Below are positions 30,913-46,210 of a stretch of DNA of 64,000 bases, one piece after another. Under the pieces are notes generated by a model. The model did not search any database, was not told where the DNA came from, and saw only the letters and a program-made list of their open reading frames with translations. A program made the translations under genes and the position numbers. This DNA is from Octopus vulgaris (lineage: Eukaryota): NCBI GenBank assembly GCA_951406725.2, contig OX597842.1, positions 32,922,001 through 32,986,000 on the forward strand. Direction: 5' to 3'. Every line of letters begins with the position of its first letter. The first letter of the stretch is position 1.

Positions 30913-31228
30913 AGCACAAAGAGAGACTGATTGAAGGGGAGTGAGAGAGATAGAGAGGGATGATTACGATTGTTGTCAGATTCATAATTGATATATAAAT
31001 CAAGAAAAACTTGCGAAGGGAGTTAATTGGCCACCAGTAATACATTGGTATTTAATTTTACCGAACCAGAAAAGGTAAAAAGGTAAGATTATATAGGCAG
31101 GGTTCGAACTCAGAAAGTAGGGTGTCCAAAACTTAACGAGTGCTTCTTCACGTCTCCTCCCTACATCAAGGCTTATGTATATATATATACATACCTACAT
31201 ACAAACATACATACATACATTTATATAC

Positions 31229-31261
<33 letters not shown>

Positions 31262-31308
31262 CATACATATATGTATATATGTACATATATTTATATATAT
31301 ATGTATAT

Positions 31309-31342
<34 letters not shown>

Positions 31343-31664
31343 CTGTATGTGTATATATATGTATTTATATATATATATATGTGCGCACATACATTCATAT
31401 ATATATATACATACATATACTTATATGTATACATATATATATCCATAGTTACTGATACGTTTATACATTTATATATAAAAGTACGTTTATACAGAATTAT
31501 ATTTATACCTGTATATGTATAGCTATATATATGTATATATATATATATGCATATATATATATATATATAAATATATATGTATGTATATATGTAGAGAGAG
31601 AGAGAGAGAGAAAGGGAGTGTATATATGTTTGTATAAATATCAGAGACTGATATGTATATATAT

Positions 31665-31698
<34 letters not shown>

Positions 31699-32152
31699 CA
31701 GATAGATAGATAGATAGATAGATCGATAGATAGATAAATGGACAGATATAAGTATAGATACATAGAGAGGGGCATAGAATGAACGAGAGATACTTTGATG
31801 TTGACTCTTTAGTGACATATTAATTTACTTATCTAATTACTCTCTATTCGAAATCATATAAATGTCAGATGCCAACTCTGTCCCTTATAGGTATCCATTA
31901 ATTGATGTGCTATAATTCAGAGCGAAATTCTACATTCATTGAAATACAAGGTAATAATGCCGTGAATCTGAAGATCTATGTATCCTTCAACAACATTGAC
32001 AACAAACATGATGGCCGACTAAAATGTATTCCACGTGGTGTTCCAGCATGGCCTCAGTTGTAAAAGGGAAAACGGTTAACCGATATGTATAAATGAGTTA
32101 AACATAAAAAGGTGAATAGGAAATATGGAATATAGAAAACGGTGTGTAGATG

Positions 32153-32222
<70 letters not shown>

Positions 32223-32646
32223 CATATATATATATATACATACATACATACATAGATACATATAAATATGGTTAGATAGATAGGTAATATATATATATAT
32301 AGAGAGAGATGCACACACATATATATACACATATATATGTGTACATATATATATATATATATATACATGTATGTTTAATATATATATATGTTTAGATATA
32401 TATAGCAACTATCTGTCTAAACATAAAGGAATACATACAAGTATTCGTATACACACTTATATACATATATACAGTATATATATGTAAACGTATATGTATA
32501 TATAAATATATATATATACATAGAAATACATAAACATATTCCTATATATATATACATAAATATATATATATTTATGGTTGTATATAAAATTTCATATATG
32601 CATATATTTATACATGCACGGAGGTATGTGATTCGATATCCATAAG

Positions 32647-32677
<31 letters not shown>

Positions 32678-32699
32678 AATATATATACATATAAATATA

Positions 32700-32902
32700 T
32701 TTTTCTTTACTACAAACAAGGGGCTAAACACAGAGGGGACAAACAAGGACAGACAAACGGATTAAGTCGATTAAATCGACCCCAGTGCGTAACTGGTACT
32801 TGATTTATCAGTTACGCACTGGGGTCGATGTAATCGACTTAATCCGTTTGTCTGTCCTTGTTTCTCCCTTCTATGTTTAGCCCCTTGTGGTTAGTAAAGA
32901 AA
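32700..32902. mobile_element. Head-to-head inverted pair of family B SINE 3' halves
   Basis: 32702-32795 is the imperfect reverse complement of 32809-32902. Confidence 0.85.
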
Positions 32903-33217
32903 TATATATTTATATATATATATAATGCATTTATACAAAATCATATTTTTACATATTTTCCTACCTGCAAACGTAATACTTTGATATAATTTATATTTCT
33001 GTCCCTTTTCATATATACCTATAAAATTATATGTATACATAATTATATATATATATATATATATATATACAAATATATATATACATGGGTACATGCATAT
33101 TCATTTACGCTTGAATGCATTATGTACAAGTCTAGCATTTTAGTTAACCATACGTATAATGAGTATGTGTTACGTTAATTCATATGAATATGTATGTATC
33201 TATCTATATAAATAATT

Positions 33218-33288
<71 letters not shown>

Positions 33289-33357
33289 TGCATACATATA
33301 TTTATATATATACATACATATCTGTTGCGTATTTGAATGTATGTATATGAATATACA

Positions 33358-33405
<48 letters not shown>

Positions 33406-33710
33406 TATATATATATACACGAATATGAATTTATATATGCATGTAAGCATGTGCAAAAATGTGTGTGGACGTATAAGCATATACATATATGTGTATAAAT
33501 AGATATATATACATTTTATATATGTGTATATATGCATAAGAAAATATTTGCGTATGTGAATATAGGTGCCTATATATACGTTTATGTATATACATATATA
33601 TACATACGTATATATCTCTATATCTATGTATATATGTAAATATTCGTTCATATATTTGCATGTCTGTATATTTATATATACACATAAGTTATATATTTTT
33701 ATATATGTGC

Positions 33711-33815
<105 letters not shown>

Positions 33816-34019
33816 TCTTATACACATATTCAAATACGCAGTCAGATATGTATGTATATATATATATATATATATAGATATATATTTATCTATATATAGA
33901 TATATATATGTATATATATACATATATATGTATATTCATTTTTTTTTCCTTTTTCTCCTTCCCTCCCCTTCTCTCTCACTACCTATCTATCTATCTATCT
34001 CACGATATATGTATATATT

Positions 34020-34170
34020 CTTTTACTCTTTTACTTGTTTCAGTCATTTGGTAGCGGCCATGCTGGAGCGCAGTATTTATTCTTTTTAAGCCTATGGTGC
34101 CACTCAGTGGGACTGAACCCAGAACCCTGTGATTGGGAAGCAATCTTCTCACCACACACCTACGCCTGCG
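34020..34170 (-). mobile_element. Family A SINE, centre deleted
   Basis: Tail acttgtttcagtcatttgg joined to head ggtgccactcagtgggactgaaccc. Confidence 0.75.
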
Positions 34171-34191
34171 CAAGTCTTGAAATATATATAT

Positions 34192-34229
<38 letters not shown>

Positions 34230-34929
34230 TATGTATGTATCTATTTTCCCCTCTGCACAGTCGCTCTTCCTCTTCCCTTCACTCTTGATGTGTTTCCCTC
34301 TTGTGCCCTCCCACTCTCGCTCTTACCTATTCGACTTTTGTTACGTATACATTTTCGCAGATGCAACAATCTCAATAGTTTCTTGGAAATTTCCTCGAAG
34401 AATACAAACACATATATTCACAAATACGTACAAGCACACACTCTCTCACACACACACATACACACACATACACATATATACACACACAGACACATGGACA
34501 AAGACACTGGCACAGACACGAATATATATATATTATATATATGCATGTATATTTGTATGTATATATATATGCATATATACATAAACACGCATATGAATAG
34601 ATATCTATATATATGCATATATATATAAATACCTATATACACACATATATACTTAGATGCACATACATATGTATATACACATATGCATATACATGTAATA
34701 TATATATATGTATGTATATGTATATACATTTTTACAGGTAATACATGTATTTATATATACACTTATTCTTATATGTGCCTATGTACATATATGCATACTT
34801 ATGTCTATAAATATTTATATATCTATGTATATGTCCATACATTTATATATATATATATATGTATATATATATCTGTGTATATCTATATATGTATGTATAT
34901 ATATTCATATATATATATATATTCAATGT

Positions 34930-34968
<39 letters not shown>

Positions 34969-35378
34969 ACGTATATACATGCATATATTTATATATATAT
35001 ACATATATACTTCTTCTTATACATACGTATTAACACATATACTTAAACCCCCACCCACGCACGCACAAACACTCACACACACACACGTACACACACACAC
35101 AAACACACACACACACTCACACACACACACATACATATATATATATTCATACATTTATCTCCAGAGCAGATTACAGCAATATTTTGGGACTCCAGTTGCG
35201 ATGTGGACTATCGCAAAAACGATAGCGGGTTTGATTGAAGAATTTTTTCTGTCCTTCGCTTCTTTCTTTTTTCTTTCTTTTTTTCTTTCTTTCTGCTGTC
35301 TCAAATTTTTTTGTTACATTATTCTGTTTTATTTATTCATTTTATCTATTTCTTGATTCCTTGTCTATATTATTATTA

Positions 35379-35449
<71 letters not shown>

Positions 35450-35665
35450 GTGATTGTCCTTTTTTTTTTCAAAGAAGACCTATTCTTCTCTAAGAAGTTA
35501 CCTAAATAGATAGTTTTAAAGTTAAGTTCTGCAAACGAGAAAAAAAATACACACAAGAAGCGGGGAAAGAAATTGAAGGACACCCCTCCGCTCTCAGAGG
35601 AAACTACAGAACCTCAAAGGGACGATAGATATTTCATAAGATGCTACTAACTGTAATGTTATTTC

Positions 35666-35791
<126 letters not shown>

Positions 35792-35908
35792 TAATAATAA
35801 CAACAATAACAGTAATAATGAAAGATGAAGAGGAGAAGGAAATGAAAGGTCCACGATGGTGATGGTTGTGTTCACCGTGGTGATGACTCTGATGATGATG
35901 ATTATAAC

Positions 35909-36017
<109 letters not shown>

Positions 36018-36198
36018 GTGATGATGAAGATGACTATGTTAGCTATGGTTACTTCGGTTTTATCACAAAAGGAGGACTTTGAAAAGAAAAGATCCGTGCG
36101 AACAGAGGCAGGACATATACTTCGGGGAACGTCTAAGGATCGGTATCATGTGGGTGTATATATATATATGTACGTATATATACATATATATACATATG

Positions 36199-36268
<70 letters not shown>

Positions 36269-36269
36269 C

Positions 36270-36311
<42 letters not shown>

Positions 36312-36478
36312 TTCTTTAATCATAATAATATAGTTTTCTCTGGCGATATACACAACCTAATCAGCAGCAAATAATAATGATGATGACGATAATGATGCAG
36401 AAATGATAACAGTTGCAAATAGACACACCAACACCAAACACAAACATGTATACATAAATAAGTTTATATTCATATACA

Positions 36479-36666
<188 letters not shown>

Positions 36667-37401
36667 TACATGTATATATGCGTGGGACTATGTGTTTTCG
36701 ATATTTGGAAGCGCCTAACCATATTCTACGGTGAATTATTCCGTAACAAATATAGAAGTATTTCACTTTGATACAGTCTTCTACTTTTCTCAAACATAAT
36801 AACATAATATATACGCATATATATAATTATATATACACCCACTCACACACATATCTATATCTATATATATATATACGCATATATATATATACATGCACAT
36901 ATACGTATATATGTATATATATATATATATATATCATAACAAGAACTGTTTCTTGCGAACACCAGAAAGACAGGGAAAGAGAGGAGGAAGAGAGAGAGAG
37001 AGACTGGGAAAGAAAGACGTAAAAATCAAAGAAGTTATACAGGAATAATACAGGAAAAACGCAGGGAAAACACAGGAAAAAACATTATATTAATCACACA
37101 CAGAAAGAAAAAATGGACAACACAGATAAAACATGAGAAATATACGGAAACAACCATGTATATTAGAAAGAAATATGAAAAAGAAAAAAACAAACCGTTT
37201 TGTTTGACAATTTCGTTACCTTTTTTCCGCCATGAAAACTAACAGCCTAGATGTGTGAGTTAGCAAACATATGTATATATATATACTCTAGAGAAGGAAA
37301 CCATGTATATACATATATATATATATGGTTTCAATATTCTAGATAATATATAAACTATATTTTCTATTGCCTTTAGAATGCTTTGCTATATAAAATGAAA
37401 G

Positions 37402-37434
<33 letters not shown>

Positions 37435-37817
37435 AGTATTCGTATAAATATATATCAAGATATTATGCTATGTGTGATACGTAATCTATTCAAATATATT
37501 TGCTTAGAAAAGAAGGTTAAGTGTGATAAAAGTCTTAGAAAAAGTTTCTTCATTTCTTTTTCTTCTTTTCGTTTTTGCCAAAAAAAGAAAAAAACCTTTA
37601 AAAATATTTGATTTTTTTGAAAAGGAAATTTTGGAAGACGCAGGCGATCGTTTCCAGACAGAAAAATGGCGCGAAGGCATGAGGTTTCGATATTTTGGTA
37701 TACGACAACCTGGCTCTGTATGTGTGTGTGTCTGTGTGCGTACGTGTATGTGTGTTTGTCTATTTTCGTTATTCCATTCCGTTTAACACCTTTTAAAAAA
37801 ACCAAAAGTTACGAACA

Positions 37818-37876
<59 letters not shown>

Positions 37877-37985
37877 GATATAATTTTGTATCTCTTGGCT
37901 TTGATCGCCTGCATATTATTGTATGTTTGTGTATATCTGTGGAGGCATGTGTGTGTTTGTGTGTGTATAGGTTTTTATTCAGTTG

Positions 37986-38040
<55 letters not shown>

Positions 38041-38107
38041 GTGTATATATGTATATATATTTTTGTCTATATCTGTTATCTTCGTTGGTTTTGTATGCGT
38101 ATCTTCT

Positions 38108-38148
<41 letters not shown>

Positions 38149-38769
38149 TTGTATGAGTATATATATATATACACGCATATGTGTAGTTTTTATTTTGTAT
38201 ATATACGTAGAATTTCCTGCTTATATAACATGAATACGCGTATACTTTCGTGCGAGCGTGTTTGAATATGTGTATATATTTGTATACGTATGTAAATAAA
38301 TACTTTTCTCTATGTGTGTTTATGTGCGTTTTTTGTCTTTCTCTCTCCCTATGTGTGTGCGTGTATATATGTGTGTATGTGTGTATGTGTGTATGTTTAT
38401 TTATATGTACGTTTATGTATTTCGATAAGCCTGCTTCTCTACGTAAAGGCGAAAGCATTTATTACGAAACTGTGGTCTTAGAAAATGCGCATAGCTTCAC
38501 TTCTTATCATAGCGCCGCTTTTCGAATGAAGAAGATAAGATATAAAAATATATTAAATATATCAGATTTTTTTTCTTTGATCTTTCTACCATTATTGCTG
38601 TTGCTGCTGTTGTTGCAGTCCTTTAGCCCAAGGCCAGTTTTTTCTTCATCATTTTTACTATGAAAAAACCATTTTGAATGTCAAATATTCGTTCGTTTTT
38701 ATAGACTTGAGTCAATGTTTGAAGCTACATTTTATATTAAAGGATATATTAACTAATGCATAGCGCATC

Positions 38770-39620
38770 GTATAGCAGTTAGTATTAATGGCTATAGTGT
38801 TTGTTTTTGGTGTTGTTTAGCCCAGGTCAGACCTGATCCAGGCAGACCTATGATCAAATATGATCCACCCGTGACCACGCCATCAGTTTTTCAGACATAC
38901 TATATCCAGGACATTAGTGGCTATACTTGTTGTTGTTTAACCCCAAGTCAGGCCTGATCCAGGCAGACCTATGATCAAAGATGTTCCAGTTGTGACCATC
39001 CCATCTCTTTTATTCAGGCATAGTGTATCTTGGACTACATTATTTAATGTATAGTATAGTAGTTCGTATTTGTGGCTATAATTATTGTTGTTTAACCCCA
39101 AGTCAGGCCTGATCCAGACAGACCTATGATCAAAAATGTTCCAGCTGTGACCATCCCGTCTTTTATTCGGGCATAGTGTATCTAGGACTACATTATCTAA
39201 TGTATAGTACAGGAGTTAGTATTAGTGGCTATAGCTGTTGTTGTTTAACCCCAGGTCAGCTCTGATCCAGACAGACCTATGATCAAAGATGTTCCACCTG
39301 TGACCTTCCCATCTTTTATTCAGGCATAGTGTATCTAGGACTACATTATCTAATGTATAGTATAGTAGTTAGTATTAGTGGCTATAATTATTGTTGTTTA
39401 TATACACTCTTTGTTTAACACCAGGTCAGTCCTTGATCAATGATCAAAAATATTCCAGCTATGACCATCCCGTCTTTTATTCGAACATAGGCTATCTAGG
39501 ACTATATTACCTAATGTACACTATAATAGTTAGTATAATTGGCTACAAATGTTGTTTAGCAGCAGGTTAGTCGTGGTATGGCTCATTTACAGACAAACAT
39601 GTTCCAAATGTGGCCATCGC
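38770..39620 (-). repeat. Tandem array (~5.5 units) of the ~153-bp repeat
   Basis: Repeated gtttaaccccaggtcag...gacctatgatcaaagatgttccag. Confidence 0.9.
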
Positions 39621-39819
39621 GTTTGTTGCTCATGCTTTATCAAAGAGCATGTAAATCTAACATGGCCTTAATTTTCGTTACTTAATTGAATAGACCGTTA
39701 CCTGAGACACATTAATCTTTTACATCGAGCTTTTTTCATAAATACAACTATAAAAAATATCATCTTTTTCTGCATAAGTTATCTAAGAGTAACATTATGC
39801 ACTACAGGTACCCTGCATT

Positions 39820-40015
39820 CCCCCACACCTAGATTTCAGGCCTTGTGCCTCTAGTAGAAAGAAGTATGTTCTGAGTTCAAATTCCGCCGAGGTCGGCTTT
39901 GCATTTTATCCTTTTGGGGTCGATAAATTAAGTACTAGTTGTGTAATGGGGTCGATATAAACGACTGGCCCCCTCCCGAAAAGTTTCTGGTCTTGTGCCT
40001 AGAGTAGTAAAGAGT
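39820..40015 (+). mobile_element. Family B SINE, 5'-truncated, with a duplicated tail fragment
   Basis: gttctgagttcaaattccgccgaggtcggctttgc...ggggtcgataaattaagtac; ccttgtgcct tail at ~39840 and ~39992. Confidence 0.75.
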
Positions 40016-40291
40016 ATATACACCCTGTATATATTGAATGTGCCACATTATATATTTATCCATCTTTTTATTTGTCTATATATATATATATATGTATACA
40101 TGTATGTATAGATAGATAGATATGCATATAGACTCATATATATAAATGTTTATGTATGTATATGCGTATATATATGTACAGACACATATATACATATACA
40201 CTATATACATGTATATATATATACATGTTTCTGTCTGTCTCCCTCTCTTCATATACATATATATATACATATATACATACACGTATATATT

Positions 40292-40364
<73 letters not shown>

Positions 40365-40849
40365 ATATATATATATATAAATACATATATGTATATACAT
40401 ATATTTATGTGTATATGCGTGTGTGTGAATGTATATACATATATATAAAATTATATATACAAATATATATATATATATATATATAAAACACTTTCATGAA
40501 TGTAGGGTCAATCAAATGAATGCTCGATCCAGTTGGCAAAATTACTTGGTACTTTAATTCCGAAGTACATTCCAGAAAGTTTTGTATCTAGTTTTAGAAG
40601 AGGCACTCGTAAACGTCCCAGCTTCTTGTGATTTCAATATATATCATTACAATGCATTTAATAAGCTGACCTACCAATATTTGTTATTCCAGATTCAAGA
40701 GGATTACCGTAAGTGAACTTTGGAAACATCCTGCTAAACAATATTTGTCACAAGAGAGAAATTTGCAAAATGCTGTGAGGATGTGAAGACAATTTAGAAG
40801 TTCACTATGAGAGAAATTTTGGGGCTCTCTCTCTCTCTCTCTCTCTTTA

Positions 40850-41245
40850 ATCTTTTACTTGTTTCAGTCTTGTGACTGCGGCCATGCTGGAGCACCGCCT
40901 TTAATCGAGCAACTCGACCCCGGGACTTATTCTTTTGTAATCCCAGTACTTATTCTATCGGTCTCTTTTTGCCGAACCGCTAAGTAACGGGAACATAAAC
41001 ACACCAGCATCGGTTGTGAAGCAATGCTAGGGGGACAAACACAGACACACAAACACACACACGCATATATATACATATATACGACGGGCTTCTTTCAGTT
41101 TCCGTCTACCAAATCCACTCACAAGGCTTTGGTCGGTCCGAGGCTATAGTAGAAGACACTTGCCCAAGATGCCACGCAGTGAGACTGAACCCGGAACCAT
41201 GTGGTTAGTAAGCAAGCTACTTACCACACAGCCACTCCTGCGCCT
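40850..41245 (-). mobile_element. Family A SINE, full length
   Basis: Complete tail, body and head. Confidence 0.9.
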
Positions 41246-41493
41246 ATATGAGCTGTAAATGTAATTTAGTATATTTTCAGAATTTTGATATATCTTTACA
41301 TTTAATAAGCTTACATGCCAACCATTGTTTTCTGAAATTGAAAGAGAAGGTTGTAATAGAACTTTGAAGATACCCTACTAAATTCTGGTAGTCACAGATG
41401 ACTACAAGCTGTATTCTAGAAGTTTTGGGGTTCTTTTTAGCAGAGGCAGTTATAAAAGTCCTAGGTTATTGTAGATTTAATATATCTTTACTA

Positions 41494-41930
41494 TAAACTT
41501 AAACTTAAACTTAGATATGTTTCGACCAAAGATTGGTCCAGGCCATGTCTAACTTAATAGCACCACCTGATAGGATTATTCGAATCCTGTTTAAGTCAAG
41601 TTTTGTTTAAGTCAAGTTTTGTTTAAGTCAAATTTGGGTGAGTCGTATCAAGTTTTGTTCAAGTAGTGAGTTCTTGTTGGGTGAGTTGTATCCAATTATG
41701 GGTGGCTTATCTGGTATTCTTTGAAGGAATCTATCCAGACTCCGTTTAAAGTTGATGGGATCCTTTTCCTCTTTGATCTCCCTCGGGACAATGTTAAATA
41801 GGGCAGGGCCTGTTGAGGAAAAGAAATTATGTTGCAGTGTACATGTATGTTGTGATCTTGAATCGGGCAGGGGACGTATGGCCCGTGGTCCCAGTCTTGG
41901 ATGAACCTTGAAGCTAATGTTAAGGTCGTT
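41494..41930 (-). mobile_element. 5'-truncated LINE (CR1/L2 group, family L2)
   Basis: NDLNISFKVHPRLGPRAIRPLP...GPALFNIVPREIKEE...LDRFLQRIPDKP; tail (aagttt)n; near-identical to 57530-57928. Confidence 0.85.
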
Positions 41931-42252
41931 ATAAGCTGACCTGCTAATTTTTGTTATTCCAGATTGAAGGAGACGGCTGTATCGGCACTTTGGATATACC
42001 CTACCAAACACTGTTTGTCATAGCAGAGAAGTTTGCAGAATAGAGTCGGGATGCGAAGACAGTTTCGAAAATCGATAGCAATAAACTTTTGTATTATAAC
42101 TGTCTTAGAATATTGTAATTTCAGTAAATCCTTATTGTACATCTAATAAGCCGACCTGCCACTTTTGTTATTCCAGCTTGAAGAAGAAGGCTGTAACAGC
42201 AATTTAAACACATCCTTTTAAACACGCCTGCCCACAGTTGAATACAAGGTAT

Positions 42253-42471
42253 ATTACTCTTTTACTCTTTTACTTGTTTCAGTCATTTGACTGCGGCCAT
42301 GCTGGAGCACCACCTTTTTAATCGAGCTACTCGACCCCGGGACTTATTCTTTGTAAGCCCAGTACTTATTCTATCGGTCTCTTTTGCCGAACCGCTAAGT
42401 TACGGGGACATAAACACACCAGCATCGGTTGTCAAGCGATGTTGGGGGGACAACCACAGAAACACAGCCAT

Positions 42472-42512
<41 letters not shown>

Positions 42513-42690
42513 CATATATATATATACGACGGGCTTCTTTTAAGTTTCCGTCTACCAAATCCACTCACAAGGTTTTGGTCGGCCCGGGGCTATAGTAGAA
42601 GACACTTGCTCAAGGTCCCACGCAGTGGGACTGAACCCGGAACCATGCGGTTGGTAAACAAGCTACTTACCACACAGCCACCCCTACGCC
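42253..42690 (-). mobile_element. Family A SINE, full length
   Basis: Complete tail, body and head. Confidence 0.9.
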
Positions 42691-42813
42691 ATTGTCGGAG
42701 TTTTGAGACTTTTGTTTAAGAGAAGCCCTTATAACTATCCTTGGTTATTGTAAATTTTAATATGGTTACTAAACATCTAATAAGCTGACCTGCCCCTTTT
42801 CGTTATTCTAGAT

Positions 42814-43032
42814 CAGTGGTTTTCAACCAGGGTTCCCCGGGACCTTAGGGTTCCGCCAGTACAGTCCAGGGGTTCCGCAAGAAGTTACAAAACTGCTAAA
42901 ATCGGCAGTAATTTCTAATTTTCCTGTGCAGATATGTGTGCATAAGACTATTAAATTATTGCACAGGGGTTCCCTGAGCCAGTGGAATGTTTCCTTGGGG
43001 TTCCGCTCCAGCAAAAAGTTTGAAAAGCACTG
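42814..43032. mobile_element. hAT (Charlie-like) MITE
   Basis: TIRs cagtggttttcaa / ttgaaaagcactg; 8-bp target duplication ttctagat (42806-42813, 43033-43040); internal ggggttcc repeats. Confidence 0.9.
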
Positions 43033-43269
43033 TTCTAGATTGAAGGATACAGCTCTAACAACACTTTAAACACATCCAACTAAACATAATTTGTCACTGA
43101 TGAATTGTTTGTAGAATGTAGTTGAGACGCTTGGAAGGTCGTCATGCAAGAAAGTTTTGTGTAAACTGGGAAAAATTGCTATAAAAACTTATGAATTGTT
43201 CCAGACTGATTGTTTGTGGGTTAAATTGTACGAGCCTAGGAGTTACTTTTTACCTGCATATAAGGCCAG

Positions 43270-43700
43270 GCATATAAGGCAAAGCAAGTCCACCTGAAAG
43301 TGTATGGTGATCCTCGTTTTCGACAGTTAGGGCTTCTATATCCACTGGGTTCCCTATGGCCTGACGCTCAACAAAGTGCTTCGTGGATGTTTTTGAGGGA
43401 ATTCAAGATGGGATTTCGTTGCAAAAGGCCAGAGTACCTGCGCAAGGGCAATACCCCAGTCTACAATTCCATACTGGTAACCAATCCACTTGACAGAGAT
43501 GGGCACCAAAACTGTCCCTCACCCACCCTAAAGTCCACACCTTGTTCCCTGTGACTTTTGGGTGCTGTCCAAGCTAAAAGATTAGACAAAACAAGCTATA
43601 ACATAGGTCCTAGAGACCTTCACTTTCAAGGGCCTTCATGGGACCTTCACAAATTGGCTGGAGCACTACAACAAGTGTATTGAAGTCAGAGGGTTTTGAA
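43270..43700 (+). pseudogene. Highly decayed mariner transposase fragment
   Basis: KARQSKST.KCMVILVFDS*G, GNTPVYN and MGTKTVPHPP*SPHLVPCDFWVLSKLK match mariner motifs (KVM..FFD, DNAP.H, HPPYSPDLAPCDF.LF.KLK). Confidence 0.7.
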
Positions 43701-43873
43701 GGAGTTTAGAGTTTTGGACTTCTTTTGAATTAAATGTCTTTTCTGAAAACATCTCAAATTTTCTGAAATGCACCTTGTATGTTTAATTTACAGTTTTATC
43801 AAGTCATCCCATAAGTTCTCTCCGAATTTTGAATAAAGAAAACAAGTGATCAAATGTTATATTTAATTGAAAT

Positions 43874-45136
43874 TTAATTATCAATGTACTTTCTCTGATT
43901 ATCTATAACTTCCTTCCATCTATTTACAAGCTTTTTAATCCCATCCACGTAAAACTCTTTTGGTTTCAAAGTGAAGAACTGTGAAACGTCAGTTTCGACC
44001 TCCTCCGGACTTTCGAAAGTTAGGTCACCCACATGATTCTGTAAACTACGAAACAAATGATACTCTGAAGGAGCAAATTTCGCATGAAGATTTTTCATTA
44101 CTCGGGGAAGATTCTAGGGGAGGGTCACTAAATTTTTAACAGTTTTCCTAAAGCAGAAATATAGTTTACATGTCTGTCATATACGTCGCTCTTTTGGTTT
44201 CAAAGCGAAGAACTGTGTAATGTCAGTTTCGACCTCCTCCGGACTTGCGAAAGTTATGTCACCCAAATGATTCTGTAAACTACGAAACAAATGGTAGTCT
44301 GAAGGAGCAAGGTCGGGAGAATAAGGTGGATGAGGAATTTTTTTCCCAACCAAGCTCTTCGATCTTCTGTGATATGATTTTTGCAGTGTGGGGTCGTGCA
44401 TTGCCCTGATGAAACATCACTCCTTTTCGATTCACTAAAGCGGGTCTTTTTTTTTCTTCAAAGCTTGGTTCAAACGCTCTAATTGCCGACAGTAGATTGG
44501 GCATTGATTGTTGCATTAGGTCGTAACAATTAAAAGTGAATTACTCTTTTGCAATCCCACCAGATAGAGAGAACCTTTTTTCCCATGAAGTTCCCTACTC
44601 GGTTGTGGTTGAGCTTTATCCCTTTTACCAAGCCACTGTTTACGATGTTTAATATTTCGATAGAAGATCCATTTTTCGTCACCAGTCACAAGTCTATCCA
44701 AAAAGGGTGAAATGAGTTCGTGTGAATGGAGAGAAGAGCAGACGTCAACTCGGAATTTGTGGTTGCTTTCAAACAATTAATGAGGCACCCATTATCCAAG
44801 TTTAGGAACCTTTCCAAGTTGTTTAAGATGACGATGAACAGTTGTATGGTTTGAACTAAGCTTTATTGCTCGTTCTTCAACAGATAATGCAGGAGTTTCT
44901 TCCAGTAATGCCCCAAGGAGCTTATCATCAAACTCAACTGGACGTCCTGTTTGATCTTCATCTTCAAGGCTGAAATCTCCACTTCTGAATTTTGCAAACC
45001 ATCTTCTGCAAGTTCTTTCATTCAAGCATTCTTTCCCATAAACTTATTGTATGTTTTGAGTCGCTTCGGCTGCAGAGTTTCCTTTTTTGTACTCATAAAA
45101 CATTATATGCCTCAAATGCTCTTTGGATACTTCCAT
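43874..45136 (-). pseudogene. Mariner (DD34D) transposase pseudogene within an element spanning ~43800-45230
   Basis: MEVSKEHLRHIMFYEYKKG, RWFAKFRSGDFSLED, LVTGDEKW, HQGNARPH, HPPYSPDLAPSDYHLF; stops and frameshifts; ~120-bp internal duplication (43955-44080 / 44190-44310). Confidence 0.9.
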
Positions 45137-45781
45137 GTTAGAAAGGGTTTTAATCAAAGAAATTTTAATTCTATTATTGTGTAAAATAATATTTAATTAG
45201 TTGAAATGCACACAAATGCATAAAAAGAATTTCGAGGTGGTATCTATATATGTGTGTGCATATATCAGTGTATGTATGTGTATGTGTGTATTCATGCATG
45301 TGTGTGACTGCGAGTATATATGTATGCATGCGTGAGTATATGTGTGTGTGTATGTATCTGTGTGTGTGTGCATGCGTGCGGTATAGTTTGTTGATCGGCG
45401 GATTGTGGTTTCACTGTACCGAGTAGTGTATTATGTTCTTGAGCAAGACACTTAATCTCACGTTGCCCAGGACACCTGATGGGTGGCAGACATGTGCACC
45501 TGGAGATATAATATCGATTCGGTGCAGGAAGTAAGCATAAATATCAGATCACTAAATAGTCATCAATTTGTGAAGGTTGCATATATTATGTATATATATA
45601 GATATTATTTTAATTTGAAAACCCCACTAGAATGGGAGAAAGCGCTAATGATCTAAGTGATATGATATATATGTAAAAAATGTAATATATAAATAAATAT
45701 CTATAAATATAAACCATCCGATCTTCTGATTTCTTCTAATATATAATACCTGTACATCATCTCCAAACCTTCCAGTATAGA

Positions 45782-45847
<66 letters not shown>

Positions 45848-45851
<4 letters not shown>

Positions 45852-46035
45852 TGATTTTTTTTCTTCTGCCTTCCCTTCTCTGGATCTTTCGTTCTCCTAT
45901 GTTTCCGACGAAGAGCTCCGCTCGAAACGTTAAACCCTCCTTCTTTCCTTCTTTCCTGAGCGTCCAATAATACTATATTTGTTCCACGTCCTCGCGTTGT
46001 TGTGTTTTTTTTTGTGTTTTCTTGTTTGGATTAAC
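45848..46035 (+). mobile_element. (AT)n-embedded short element carrying a hammerhead motif (Penelope-like terminal repeat relic)
   Basis: Reverse-complement match to 51389-51575; both copies end at ggattaac next to (AT)n. Confidence 0.7.
45901..45935 (+). ncRNA. Minimal type I hammerhead ribozyme (U4C core variant)
   Basis: gttt CCGACGA a gagc-tcc-gctc GAA ACGT T aaac. Confidence 0.7.
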
Positions 46036-46036
46036 T

Positions 46037-46094
<58 letters not shown>

Positions 46095-46210
46095 GTATAT
46101 GTATGTATGTATATGTATATATGTATATATATATATATAATTTGAGGGAATATTATTCTAAACTTACGGGGAAAAATTCAATTTAGAAATACTAAATCGA
46201 ATTTCACAAA

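Larger units (their letters stand above)
40570..43190 (+). repeat. Old diverged tandem repeat (~200-250 bp) fragmented by nested insertions
   Basis: taataagctgacctgcc...ttgttattccagattgaagga anchors at ~40659, 41303, 41931, 42143 and 42778. Confidence 0.7.

Noticed and set aside
43070-43120. CTGATGA...GAGAC motif
   Set aside because: No stem I, GAAA broken, not conserved in sister repeat units
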